Source of the DNA: Sphagnum compactum | Taxonomy: Eukaryota | Length of the DNA stretch: 64,000 bases | Assembly: GCA_965153455.1 (NCBI GenBank) | Contig: OZ234493.1 | Span: 32,478,213-32,542,212 of the forward strand | Direction of reading: 5' to 3' | In this document: positions 41,150-53,902 of the stretch, one piece after another | Position numbering within the stretch: the first letter of the stretch is position 1 | How the letters are laid out: every line of letters begins with the position of its first letter | Made by a program: the position numbers and the translations under genes | Notes under the pieces: model-generated | Database searches by the model: none | Seen by the model: only the letters and a program-made list of their open reading frames with translations | What the model was told of the DNA's origin: nothing

Positions 41150-42865
41150 TTAAATAAAGTTCAACAACCTAATCTAAGAAACTTAAACTAGGAAGTTTAA
41201 CTTAGGCTTAAGCAACCTAACCTAAATGGTTTAAATTAGGCTACCTAAGTTAAAAAAACAAACACATGCTAAAAGCTTAGGTGGGCTACCTACACAAGGA
41301 GCCTAAATCAATTAAGGCCATTAACCTAGGTTGTAAGTGTAAGGATCTAAACCTTTCACCATCACTTTAAAGGTTCAAGTTTTTGACCATTGCACCACAA
41401 CTTTCTTTGGCATCAAAATTACCCACAATAAAACTATAAACAATAATTTAATACAACATAAGTAAAAAAACTTATGTACCGTAGTTAAGCTAAGTTTAAC
41501 TAAGCCTACCCTAGGCTACCTAAAGTAGACCTATGTTAACATCAGCTATCTTAACATCTAGTTATGTAAAACCATGCTAACATATGTAAGTTAAACTAGG
41601 TTATGTAAAATAACCTAGGAACTAACATAGGTTAATCTAAGCTACCTAGGATATTGTAGGTCCATTTAAAATAATATAGGCCTAAATTAAAATAACATAT
41701 ATTACTTAAATTGACCGAGGCTAACCAATTAGGTTGACTAATGTAACTTAGTTTAACCTAGGCTAACCCTAAGCCTTCCTAATTTGACCTAGACATCCCT
41801 AAGCTATAATAAGCTAACTTTGGTTAAATTTAGATTAAACAAAGGTTTAAATTAAGTTAAACATAGGGTAACCAATGTTAAACCTACGTTAAATTTATGC
41901 TAATCAAAGTTATTTGTTTAAGTTTTTGGGGAAACCAAGGTTAAACCTAAATTAATCAAAGTTAAACCTAAATCAAACCTAGGTTAACCAACTTGGTTAA
42001 ACATTGTCTAACCAAGTATAAATTGAGTTAAACCTTATAAATTAACCAAGGGTAAACTAGGGCTGAACATAGGCTAATTTTAGGTTTAAAATAAGATTAC
42101 CAAGGCTTAATTTGAACTAAATCCAAATTAAATTTAAGTTAATCAAATATACATTTAAGCAAACCCAAACTAAACCCAGGCTAAAATTAGATTAAATAAG
42201 GTCAAATTTATATTAAAATTGGCTAACAAATATAAAACCTACCACGGCTACATATAAGTTAAACTTAAGTTAACCAAAATTAAACCTACTTTAAACCTAC
42301 ACAAATCAAAGTTACACCCAAATTAACCAAAGATAAACAAAGGTAACTAAAAGTGAATTAAATTAAACCAAAGGTAACTCAAGGTGAATTAGGGAAAATT
42401 TGAACTAACCAAAGTTAAACCCAACCAAAATTTTAACTTACTTGAACCAAACTTTAACTAATCATAGTTAAACCTAGTTAAAATTAAGGTAACCAAGGCT
42501 AAATTTATTATAGCTTTAACTAAACTTAATTTAAATTTGAGTTAACCAACATTAAACTTTGAATAACTTCAATTAAATTTTAATTAAAATTGAGTTAACC
42601 AACACGAATCTGAAGTCATCCAAGGTTAAATCTAACATAGGTTAACCAAAGTTAAATTAGGTCAACTCCAAACTAAACATAGGTTAACCAAAGCTGAACT
42701 TAGGCCAAATTGGAACTAATGAAGGTTAAACCTAGGCAAACCTTGGTTAAACTTAAATTAACCATGGTTAATTTGGGCTAAATTTAGGTTAACCAAAGTT
42801 AAACTTAGGCTACATTAAATTAACCAAAGGTAAACTTGAATTAACCAAGGCTAAACCTAAGTTAA
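41150..42865. repeat. Degenerate AT-rich satellite built from palindromic AACCTAGGTT / GGTTAACC-type words
   Basis: Dozens of variants of TTAACCAAAGTTAAACCTAGG across about 1.7 kb, for example AAACCTAGGTTAACCAA at about 41976-41991 and AGGTTAACCAAAGTTAAA at 42639 and 42787. Confidence 0.8.
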
Positions 42866-42901
42866 TATAATATAAAATTTGATTTTTATTCAAAATTTAA
42901 T

Positions 42902-45396
42902 CATTAGAAAAAAACTAGGTTTTTATAACCAATCAATTTGCGATTACTTGCAACCATTTGTCGTTTGTGACTATCATTGGTTATTTCTTCAACTACTTCC
43001 TTCATTTAGTTGTGCTTGCAACTACACTGCAACTACCTTGCAACTAATATTTTTCATTCTTCCATTTGAACCATTTTTAACATGGTTTTCATCCAAGAAA
43101 ACCCATTTACGTTCCATTAATTGTAAATTTGATCAAATGAGTTGCAAACCTATGTGTATTCAAAGTGTATTCCAGGGTGTATGGATTTATAACGGTGTAT
43201 AATATGTATTATACTCAATAATACATGGGTGGTTCCTAAAATAAACATGTGTGTATGAAGGGTGATGTATAATACTTGTATTTTTTATAGAAATTATTAA
43301 TATTTTTCAGTCATAAAAGGGAATTCCCCTTGGGAGAAGGGCATTATGTTCTTTAGGGGAGCAATTTCCCCTAGGGAAAAGGGGACTAAGTTCCCCAAAG
43401 AGAAAAATACTATGTTCCCCTAGTTGGGGAGTAAGTTTTTAAATGTTTGAGTCAAAACTATAGGGGGTAAAATTTGTCCAAATTAAATGTATTTTACACC
43501 ATTGGAAAGCTCTCAAAGAATATATATCTAAAATGATCTTGCATTCTCAATTTGAGGATACAAGCTAAAAGTTATGACTAAAAGAAAAGCCAGGGGTCAA
43601 ATTTTCCCTTCTCCCTAAGGGAAATTGCTCCTTTGGGCAAATTTGACCCATGGCTCTTCTTTTTGTCATAACTTTTAACTCATACCTTCAAATTGATAAC
43701 CAAAATCATTTTAAACATCTACATTTTGAGGGATTTCCAATGGTATAAAGAACATTTGATTTGGACAAAATTTACCCCCTATAATTTTGATTCAAACATT
43801 TTGGAACTTGCTTCTTGGTGGAAATTTGACCCCCGACTTTTCTTTTCATCATAACTTTTAGTTTGTACCTTCAAATTGAAAATCCAATATCATTTTAGAC
43901 ATCTACGCTTTGGGACAATGACCCATGACTACCTTATGTGCAGAAGTAGACAAATTAAATGAATGATGACAGGACTATGCTTATTTTTTGTGCTTGTTTT
44001 TTCTTGTGAAGTGAATGATGTTGTAGAATGATATTCAGAACACAATGTTTGACTTTTTAACTTTCCAATGACATGAAGAACATTTGATTTGGACAAATTT
44101 TACCCCGCATAATTTTGACTCAAACGTTTGAAAACTTGTTCCCCAAGGGAAATTTGACCCTTGGTTTTTCTTTTCATCGTAACTTTTAGCTCGTACCTTC
44201 AAATTGAAAATCCAAGATCATTTTAGATATTTGCACTTTGAAAGCTTTTATTTGGCCAAATTTTACCTCTTATAATTTTGACTCAAACATTTCGAAATTT
44301 GTTCCAAGGGGGAACACAGTCCCTTTTTCATCGGGGGAGAAGGCAACATTAATAATAATACTATAATATTAAATTATTCATTTTTATTTTAAATAATATT
44401 TCAATTAATTTTTTAATTACATACTTATGTAACTAAAAATTATTGATGAATTATTATAATATGTAAGTAATTTATTAGTTTTTATGTTAATTATTTGATT
44501 AGGTAGTTTATTAGTTAGTTAATTAGTGAATTTTTTTTTTCATTAATTAATTAACTAGTTAGGTAGTTAATCACTTACCTATTGAATTATATAATTTACA
44601 AAAATAAAAATAAAGGATATAAAATGAGCGTTCTAGTTGTAAGTAGTTTGCAACAAAACTTTCTAGTCACAAAATAGTTTATAAGTAAACTCCAAGTTCA
44701 AAATTTATCCCATAAGGTTTGTCTTCCATTCTCATTTTGAAAAGTATATAAAAAAATTCTTTGCTTCCCATTTTCACATCCAAAATATGGGCCATGTGGG
44801 ATGAGCCAATTAAAAGTTTTATTAAAAAAAAATCAAAAATTTTATGTACTTACCCCTTAACCAACCTACATCCCTAACCGACCTATCCACCTAGCTATTT
44901 ACTTATCCACCTACCTAAGTAGGTAGATGTTTAATGTAAATAAATAGGTAGGTAGGTTTTACCTACCTACTTACCTAGTTTGACCTACTTACATACCTAC
45001 CTACCTAAATCAATTTTGGAAATTTATAATTAATATGTGGCACATTTTGATTGTGCCATGTGGCATAATCTAAAAATGTCCAAACATAGAAATTGAACAT
45101 GTTAGATCATTTTAGAATTTCATATATAAAATGATATTATTTAAAATATATTAAAATAATGACACGTGATAACACATGATAAGAGCACAAAGTTGACCAA
45201 ATTAATTACAAGTGACAATACATATACGGTGAATCAATGGATGAACATGTAGTTTGTTGACTTTTCTTTCCATCCATGAATGGTTGTTGCTTGCAACTTG
45301 TCCAACCCAACTAAGGGAAATTTAGTTGCAAAATGTTGCTTGTGACCACTAACTAATCACAAAAACTAGTTGTAAAAACTTTGATTTCTTCTAGTG
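42902..45396. mobile_element. Non-autonomous CACTA-like (En/Spm) DNA transposon
   Basis: Left end CATTAGAAAAAAACTAGGTTTTTATAACC aligns with the reverse complement of the right end, CACTAGAAGAAATCAAAGTTTTTACAACT. Subterminal TGCAACTA/TAGTTGCA repeats occur near both ends. Flanking triplets AAT and AGT resemble a 3-bp TSD with one mismatch. Confidence 0.6.
43376..44326. repeat. Fold-back plus tandem array of a roughly 180-bp unit
   Basis: One plus-orientation unit (about 43428-43606) is followed by three inverted units: about 43635-43814, 43820-44144 (split by an insert of about 140 bp) and 44145-44322. Shared blocks include AAATTTGACCC, CATAACTTTTA, ACCTTCAAATTGA and TTTGGACAAA. Confidence 0.8.
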
Positions 45397-45400
45397 AGTA

Positions 45401-45641
45401 GGGCACCATTAAATCATATTCCAAATTGATATTTTGATCAACATGTTGATTAATTAAAAAATAAATAAAATTTCATGTCACATGTGAAATTCATGTCGTG
45501 ACATTCAAGTTTTCATCACGATGAAAAAAATAATTCATGTCATGTGTATAATTAGCATTGTGGCATAAGTTAAAATTGTGACATTCAAGGTTTCATCACA
45601 ATGAAACCAAATTTGTTTCAGACATTTCACTTTAATGGTGC
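45401..45641. mobile_element. Short MITE-like element next to the CACTA right end
   Basis: Inverted termini GCACCATTAAA (45403-45413) and TTTAATGGTGC (45631-45641), with an internal duplication of GTGACATTCAAG.TTTCATCAC.ATGAAA. Confidence 0.45.
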
Positions 45642-48600
45642 AAAGTATGTTGTATCAATAAGAATAACAACTTGTTATGTAAGAATGAGACATATGTAGT
45701 GACACTGATGATGAACAAAATGTGGAGAAAACAATTAAAACATTTTTATGGTTTACAAATGAGGTTATTATTATTATTTTTGAATTACCAAAAAATATAA
45801 ATTGGGACTGTAATTTCCATGCTAGTGAACAACATAGTGAAAATTTTGACACCATTCATTTATCTTCAACAACTATTGCAAAATTTTACTATTTGTGAAT
45901 CAAAACTTAAAATAAATCAAATTGTGACAAAATCAAACATCTAGTTGCATGAGGATTGCAACTAGACAATAAATATTCAGAAACACAATATTTATTGTTG
46001 TTAATTGATCATGTTATGCCACGTCAACTTGACTAATTAATCAACTCCTTATAAGGAATTTTTTATTGTGCCAATTTTGGTTCCTAATAATGTGAATGCA
46101 CCATTTTGTATTAAGAACAAGTTGAGACAACTTAATGAAAATGGTACATGCTCAATTGTAAGGATTTATTAGTCATCAATGATAATTCAAAACAAAATTA
46201 ATGAACAAAATAACAACAAACCAAATTGAATGATATGATGTAACAATTATACAACATGAAAAAATCATCACAAACCACCTATACAAACCTACCAAAAAAC
46301 AACAATAGCAAAATAAACAATGAGAAAACAACAAGTTGAACTTGCATAAGAGCAAACCTACATTTCAATTGAACATGATTTGAAACCAAAAAAAAAAGGA
46401 TTAAAAAGAAAGACAATGCATTAAACAAAAGATAAAAAATAAAAAATAAAAACAAAAGTAGACAAACCTACAACAAAGCAAGTGAAAAAAACAAATGAAC
46501 AATTTTTCTTAAATGTACCTAAAGTGATGTAAAGAGCAAATGTAAGAAATTGCAACACAAATTCAATGAATTACAAAGCAAATTCAATGAAAATGAACAA
46601 AAACTTAATGAAAACCTACATGCCTAAACAAAACAATTGCAATGCAAATAAATCAACTACAAGCACAAAGACAAGTGCAAAAAAAAAAAACTTGCAAACA
46701 CAAAGTGCAAAGAAAGCACTTGCAAGTGCAAAGCACAAAATAAACACCTATAAGCACAAAGAAAAGCAAAGGAAGAATTAGAAGATGCAAGTGCACACAA
46801 AAAAATCACCTTTGATCCCAAAGAATAACAAAAGTAGAATGAGGACTATGGAATGTGAGAATGGTTGTTTTCATTTGTTTTCTTGTGTGAATCAACAAAT
46901 AATGCAATGATAGAATGATGGGGAGATATCTTACCTTTTGCCTTATGGTGTGAATGTTGACATAATCTTAAGTTAGTACTAGACTAGGTTGACCTTAATG
47001 TTAATGTTAAATGTGCCTAACCCCAATGTTAGAACCCCTAACACAAGGTGTGAATGAAGGATGATTTTCTTTGTTAATACCCACTCATTTCAAGGAATTA
47101 ACATTTGTAAATGCATTTGTTAAATAACCATTTTGTACTAAAGGTCATGTGGCATATATGTCAAATGTAAAAACTTGACATTTTCGTAGTGCAGTTGAAG
47201 GCCATGTTATAACATGTAACAAATTAAATGGCTTTCGCAACAAGTTTTACATTTTTATTATTTTTTGTTGTTTTTGTGTTTTTTTTTCAAAAAAAAGACA
47301 TCTATGACAACTATTAAGCATTTTAGCCAATGTCTTCTTGACATCTAAATCCAAAAAAAACACAAAACATGGCTACAATATTTTAATCGAGTAAAGCTTT
47401 CGAGCAAGGGCATCCCTTATGTTGCATTTTAATAATGTATCCTCAAAAATGGAAAACACCTTACGACTGCATAAAGAACTAATAGAATTATTTTAATGCA
47501 TGCGGAGAGCACTTCACCCTCAATAAAATTTCTCCCTCAATAGAAAATGACACCTTACACATGAAGTTCCTCAAAATGAATCGCTTCTTCTCCTTTCAAA
47601 TGAATCACAACCAACCATTTATAAAGCAAAATTTTACCAATTATTTACACTAGGTAAGGACCTTGAATGAGGTTGTTCTAGAAATTTTGGGTCTCAAATT
47701 CTCAGCTCATGTTTTAGAGCCTTCATTCTCCATCCTTACCCTACACAAGAGCCATCGTACACCTACTCTTACATTTCCTTGGTAGGTATTAAAAAAAACT
47801 TTTTAGGTGTAAGGTGCCTCTTGTTCTTTTTACATGACAATTAGGTCTTCCTATCAAAGCAATGGTAAGAGGTGTGTTACTTCCAAGAACTATGTATTGC
47901 AAGATGTGACATAGCCCAACTTATCATCTTTTTTTCATTCTTTTATATTGTATTCACTATAATTGGCCATGGACATTCACAAAGGCCACCTTTTAAGAAG
48001 GCCATTATTTGTCCTCACTCACTTTAAGTCCCGTTAACTCTTTACCTTCTCCCTTCATGCATACCCTTCATCGATGGAGAGTCATATTGACTTCAAAAGA
48101 TAATCTCACAATGTTTCACCATCACACCTTGTCCAAAATTCTTGCTAATAATTTGTTTGATGTTCACTGAGTTTGCATACATTCATACACTGACCTTGGT
48201 GAGAGAGCACGGTTAATAATACAATCTCTGTCCATGTCTAATTAGAATTTTTGAGGCCCACCTGTCAATCAAAATGCAGAAGTTTCATTCTAACAAAATA
48301 TGTATAAACTGACCAGATATATATACCTAGTGGTGCAGTGAGCCCAAGCTCTTCTCTTCTCAACCTCATACTGGAAGTTCTCTAGACATATCCTGCCTTT
48401 TTGTATCAGGTTCCTTCCCGATCAGACAAGACCCCATAGCCGCCTATATGGCCAGGAACAACTTTCAGCAGTGGGAATGACAGGGACCAGTACCTTGCTT
48501 GGGTAAAGCTTCATAATTTGGAATGAGGGTAGCAGAAAACTTCAGCAAGGTTGACTGGTAGATAATTGGCAGACTTGACTGTTGTTTAGGAAGCTTGAGG

Positions 48601-49207
48601 AACCACAGCTGAGAACACCTGGTAAAATAAAGGGCCTTCAATAGAAGTCACCTACCTAGTATCAACAGCCACAAATAACTTGCATAACCAGTGTGCTTCC
48701 TTGGGGAGAGGGACGAGCTGAGATGTGATTTTACTGCTCACCATGCTGTTGATCACCCTCCATCTTGATCCCATCTCCACAGTCCAGAAAGCTGATGTGC
48801 CTGCTTAACAGCTCTCCACAATGTGCAAACTTCAGCTGGTAGGAGAGTCTTGTCCTTCTTGGTCCTTCGTGCCTCACAAGGATTTCATCAATGAGAAGGC
48901 AAATAGCCAAGTGGTTCTTCCACTGCACAAGTTGTTTGCAGTATTACTCACCATTCTAAGGACCACAATGGCACAACATTGACAAAGCTATACACCTCAA
49001 CTTTTTCTCCCAGATCTTCCACTCTCGTGAAGAGAGGACTCCATGCTTCAACTACCACTGGTGAATACAAAAGTGGACCATCTTCATGACCATTCCCCTC
49101 TCCTTCATTCCTGGTTCTTGCTCTGGCTACAAGGGATTAATGAGTGAGTTTTAAAAAATTTACGTTGCTATCCCATCAATGGCTTTGAAAATGAATGGCC
49201 TTCTCCC

Positions 49208-52200
49208 CTACCACCCATAAATAGGCCTTGGGGGAAGCCCCAAGTCCTTGCAATGTTGCGCATCTATATGCATGGTTTTTGGGTGTGCTCCTAGTACCCA
49301 TCGTACTGCCTCAATTCCTGAGAGACAGTAATGGGTGAATGCAAGCCCATTGTCAACTACATCACTCAGCATGGGCATTGATGGTGATGAAGTCACAGTA
49401 GTATGCTTAGTTGTCTCTCCAGGAAGAGTGGTCTTATTGGTCTGTATCCTTCTAGGACCATGGGGTGGCAGCTTCTCAAGCTCAGCACACTCAATGAATC
49501 GTTCAGTTGCAGCTTCCCAAGACAAAAGGTGCTGAAGCTCAGGAGAAAGGGGCACTGGTTCAGACAACATAGCCAGCTTCACTTTCTCTACAAACTCTTC
49601 AGGGGTCTGGTAGGTCAGGCAATTAGGAAATGTGCGGAAGAAGTCATTGGAAGGGTGATCTGCACATATGACAATTTTGCCCATTGCTAGGGCCTCTGCT
49701 GTTGTTGTGCAGACAACATCACTTCTGCTTGGGTTGATGAAAACTTTGTACCTGCAACAATTGCATACACCTCTCTTGAGACTCTAAAGAACATGCATGA
49801 GGACCTATTCAGCCATTCCACTGACATGGTACTCGACTTTAATCCCTCCAGTAGGATTGTATCAAATCCCACTTTTCTGTATACTGCACTGGAGTTTACT
49901 TGCTACAGTAGGGATGCAACATCCCACTAGTCTACAGCTAATGGCTGTGGCTTGCAAAGTTTTATGCGATTGGTTCTAGACACTAAATCCATCTCTGAAA
50001 TCCACTTAAGATGTGCACTGTCACCTGTGATAGTCTTCTGTGAATGTACCTCTAATTGATTGAATAAGTTCATCTGCTACCAGCAATGTCAATTCACAGC
50101 TCTCTTGGTGCAGTTAAATACCACTACAAGATCCTTTCATCAGAAAAACTTGGGTAGATTGTGGAAAGAGAAACTATACCCATGGAGTGAGTTGTCAGCA
50201 TGGTCCCTCCCTTGATGGAAGTTCATGGCCAGCCCGTGTTTCTCTGCTGCAGATACAACTTCATGCGAGTCTTGACCACTTCCATAAACATCAAGATTTA
50301 AACCTTCCAATTCATCCTTGTTTTGTACAAGAAGATCGACCAGCTCTCTGTAACCTTTTGCCCAGATCATCTTGCCTAGATAGTAAGCCCCCTTTGAGAA
50401 CACAGGTTTGCCTTCCTTGCCCTCACTTGCTAGTCGTTTCCCAACATCCAGAAACTTGGGACTCACTCCATGGACATTGCACACTGATGACTTTGGCAGT
50501 ACTTGAGTTGCTGCTGACAATCTCAAAACCTGGTAGTTCAGCCCATCCCCCCGCCTCAAATTAGAGCACAAGCCTTGACACTATAATAGGAAGGAAGAAA
50601 AGAGAAAACCTGAAAAGTTTAATGAGGTCATGAAGCAACAAAGTTGTGGCCTGCTCTCCAGAGTAGGTGTCAAACCACCATCATACTCACCATGGTGATT
50701 AACTAATGGTTATCGAAAAGATGAAATTATCACCTTACTGCAGTATACTCGAACCATCCAGTTGTTGACATGCTCAAGTAAAAAAGCTTGAAGCTTTCCA
50801 TTCTTCTCTTGTTTGACATATTCCAAGTAATTGGTGTGAACCACACCTACTACATGTTGGAACTTATCGGTCCACCTCCTCCCATGATAGTACCATGTGA
50901 GATGCTCAGGCTCTTCCAGCACCGCAACATCAGCTTCACGGTCAGGAATGAATTGAGAGATGTCCCCAGCTGCCAATATACTTCGCTTCACAGAAGAGAA
51001 CTGCACATCATAATGAGGTTTTAATTAAATACAATTAAGGACCAAAATGGGACCTATTGCAATAATCTGAAGCACTCAGCGCACAGCTATCTAACAATAC
51101 CTTTCCAGGATAGAATGCAATCTTGAAATCTGCCTTGAATCCAGTGCGGGCTTCTAACCAATTGCGCACAAAAGTTTCCTGCTCTGCTGGAGTCTCAAAT
51201 GTCATGTGGTCTGGGTACACTTCCTCTTGGTCACGCTTGCATAACCACGGCACCAGCAAAGTTACATTTTGTTTCCCTAACTTTGCCAAATATGCTGCCC
51301 GAAACAGAGGGTTTATTGCTGTCCCTGTCATCCATGGCAAGCTTGCTGTGGTGACAATTGCAATGTTCCTGTGATGATCTTCACTGGAAACCCTGGAAGA
51401 TTCATGGTGATCACTCCAGATCCCACCCTTGTGACTATATCCAGTGCTCCGTACTACACTAGCAAGTCTAAGGTCAAGGTCCTCCGCATCTTGTCCAGCA
51501 TCTGGAATTTTGTTCACTGTTGTGGTCAACGACTGTTGACCAAAGTTGCGTTTACAGCTCCGCAAGATCCCACAAACTTTTTCTGACACATCTGTAAGAT
51601 AGATGAGAACCACTATGTGTTCAGAGTCACAACTACTGCATAGAACAGGAAACAAATTCCACACACACTATAGTGTATATCAATCGAAAGGAGATTGTCC
51701 ACAGAAATTACAGTTGCCAAAGTAACTTGCCGAGGGTCAACAATGTGTACCTTTCCTGAAACCAAGCTGGTCTAGCAGAGGTTCAGACTCACGAACCAAA
51801 TTCTCAAGCAACTCTGGAAGATCAAGTGGTGGCACATCCTGCCCAAATTCATCCTGCATACCAATATCACATGCCCCAGATCCATTAGAGCAACTGCAAA
51901 GCCACCGCTTCCTGACACCTACAAACCCTCCTTGAACCCACACAGCCATGGAATCATCTCCATTCAATCCTACTACATGCCTGGATACATTCACAAAGAA
52001 GGTGAAGGCTCCTGTGTGTATAACAAGTAGCAGCTCCTTGGGCTTTGCATCCTAGCCACATGTAGAAAAACCATCAGTTAGGTGAACCCTTCTGTTCTAC
52101 AATATTGCCACCAACCTTGGTTGTATCTGAACTGGTCGTTGAAAGCTTCTGCAAACACAAAGAAAACACCATTAGTCTAATAACAATCCCAGGGTACTAA

Positions 52201-53195
52201 CCTGAAGAAGAACAAGAACAAGAAGACATTGGCATACAAGGCTATGTCACCCCTCCTGAAGGATGGAGAAATCGGTAACTAATGTCAATTGTAGCAGTAG
52301 AGACCCAGCACAAAATGACACCGTCCTCAGCGGCAGCGAACGTGGGGATGGAACCTACCAGATTTCTCTTCACGTTTTCAAAGAACTCTGTCTTCTGTAC
52401 ATTCTCGAAAAATTCCGACGGAGTTTTGCTGGTGGCAGCAGTGCTCTCCAAGTCACGCAAACTATCCTTGACGCTTTCCTTCACTCGGCGTAACGGTTCC
52501 CACTCGTCGACGGAGAGTTTCTGTCTTCTGCTGGCCTTCTTCCTTCTAACGCCCTGCTTGACGACGAACCTTCTTTCTCCTGCCACCTTCCTTGTTGAAC
52601 CTAAATCTTTTCTGGAGAAGAAATCCACTAACCCTGTCTCCGAGCCTTTGGAAGTCATCAAAGACTTGCCGAGCGACAGATCCCAGCCTGTGCCTCCATC
52701 CCTTGGTTTGAGAAAATCGGGATCGGACCAGGAGCGTCGAAGATTTGACAAATTAGGCTTCAAGTTCTTGAGGAAATCGAAATCCTGTGAAGAAATGGCA
52801 GCTTTCAAAGGCTGCGATGACGATGACGAAGAAGAAGAAGCAGAACCTGTGAGAGTACTGCTTTCTGAAAGCTTATTCCAGATGCTCTTGTTGTTGTTGT
52901 TGTTGTCGTCGTTGTTGTGAATACTATTCACAGAAGAAGAATCTCCTCCTCTTCCACTCTTGACGTGATGGGAGGAAAACGAGGAGTTCCTCAGACGAGT
53001 TCCCCACTCTTTATCCAATGAATTCGACAATTGTTTCAGCGACTGAAACCTATGACGGATCAGCTCCATATCCGACTCCGCACTTCTCTGCACTTGTGAC
53101 AAACTGTTGGATATGAAGGACATGGCTCTCACTGCCGGTGCCGCATCCGCAGCAACGACCTTCGCGCTATCACCACCGGCCCCCCGCGGCGCCAT
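49208..53195 (-). CDS. DGD1: Digalactosyldiacylglycerol synthase 1 (GT4 galactosyltransferase with DGD1-type N-terminal extension), about 869 aa
   Basis: Exons 53195-52359, 52148-52116, 51838-51751 (alternative acceptor 51853), 51591-51101, 51000-50734, 50529-50180 and 49751-49208, GT-AG and in phase (2610 nt). Motifs: [82 protein letters not shown]-terminal PIYGW. Confidence 0.95.
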
Positions 53196-53260
53196 GGCAG
53201 CAGGCCAAAATCCCCTTCTTCACAACAACCAACAACGCCCCAAACCTCGCTCGCTCTCCA

Positions 53261-53305
<45 letters not shown>

Positions 53306-53556
53306 GCACGTCGAAACTGTCTTTTTCCTTCAGCGCCAAACTTAAAAGGGAAAAAAAAAACCCCGCACACACACACACACCAAAAATCCAACAACTCTTT
53401 TAAACTCCAACTTCCAAGTTTCCAACTCCTAAACAAATTTCCTTGGAATTTGTGCATTGAAATTGGTATTATATCCCAAAGGAAAAATGGTACAAAGAAC
53501 CCCACCTCCCTTCCTTCCCTTCAGGCTTCAACCTTGGCCACTCTTTGTAAGTAGGT

Positions 53557-53880
53557 ATGGAACCACCCTACTAGGATGTATGTATGTCCTTATTGGTGGA
53601 CCATATGGAACCCACCCTACTAAGATGTATGTATGTCCTTATTAAGTGGACCATATGGAACCCTCCCTACTAAGATGTATGTCCTTATAAGTGGACTATA
53701 TGGAACCACTCTAGGATGGATCTCCTTATTAGTGGACCATATGGAACTACTATCATAGGCATCATGTAAGTTAGGGTGTTCCATATGGAACCACTCTACA
53801 TGTCCTTAGGTTTTTAGTGGACCATATGGAACCACTCTAGATGTCCTTAGGTTTTTAGTGGACCAAATGGAACCATTCTA
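53557..53880. repeat. Tandem minisatellite, about 8 units of roughly 40-50 bp, upstream of DGD1
   Basis: A recurrent core GTGGACCATATGGAACC is followed by related linkers (CCCTACTAAGATGTATGTATGTCCTTATT and ACTCTAGATGTCCTTAGGTTTTTA). Confidence 0.9.
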
Positions 53881-53894
53881 GTAGGTATAATATA

Positions 53895-53902
53895 GCATAT
53901 AC
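53895..53902. promoter_or_regulatory. Candidate P1BS (PHR1-binding site, GNATATNC) upstream of DGD1
   Basis: GCATATAC, 700 bp upstream of the DGD1 ATG. It is a single short motif and could occur by chance. Confidence 0.3.

Noticed and set aside
41335..41400. tRNA gene on the minus strand (TGGTGCAATGG ... GGTTTAGATCC)
   Set aside because: Only degenerate A/B-box-like words with no acceptor or anticodon stems. At most a SINE-like remnant.
46200..46830. Lys/Asn-rich ORF in an A-rich tract
   Set aside because: Low-complexity compositional artefact.
52282..52920. 212-aa plus-strand ORF
   Set aside because: Antisense shadow of DGD1 exon 1 with no recognisable motif.
23260..53195. Functional gene cluster (TBL, pinin, DGD1)
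   Set aside because: Unrelated pathways separated by TE-rich spacers. Shared strand alone is not evidence of a cluster.
53557..53880. CRISPR-like appearance (conserved palindromic core with intervening spacers)
   Set aside because: The spacers are homologous to each other, there are no cas genes and the context is eukaryotic, so it is a tandem minisatellite.
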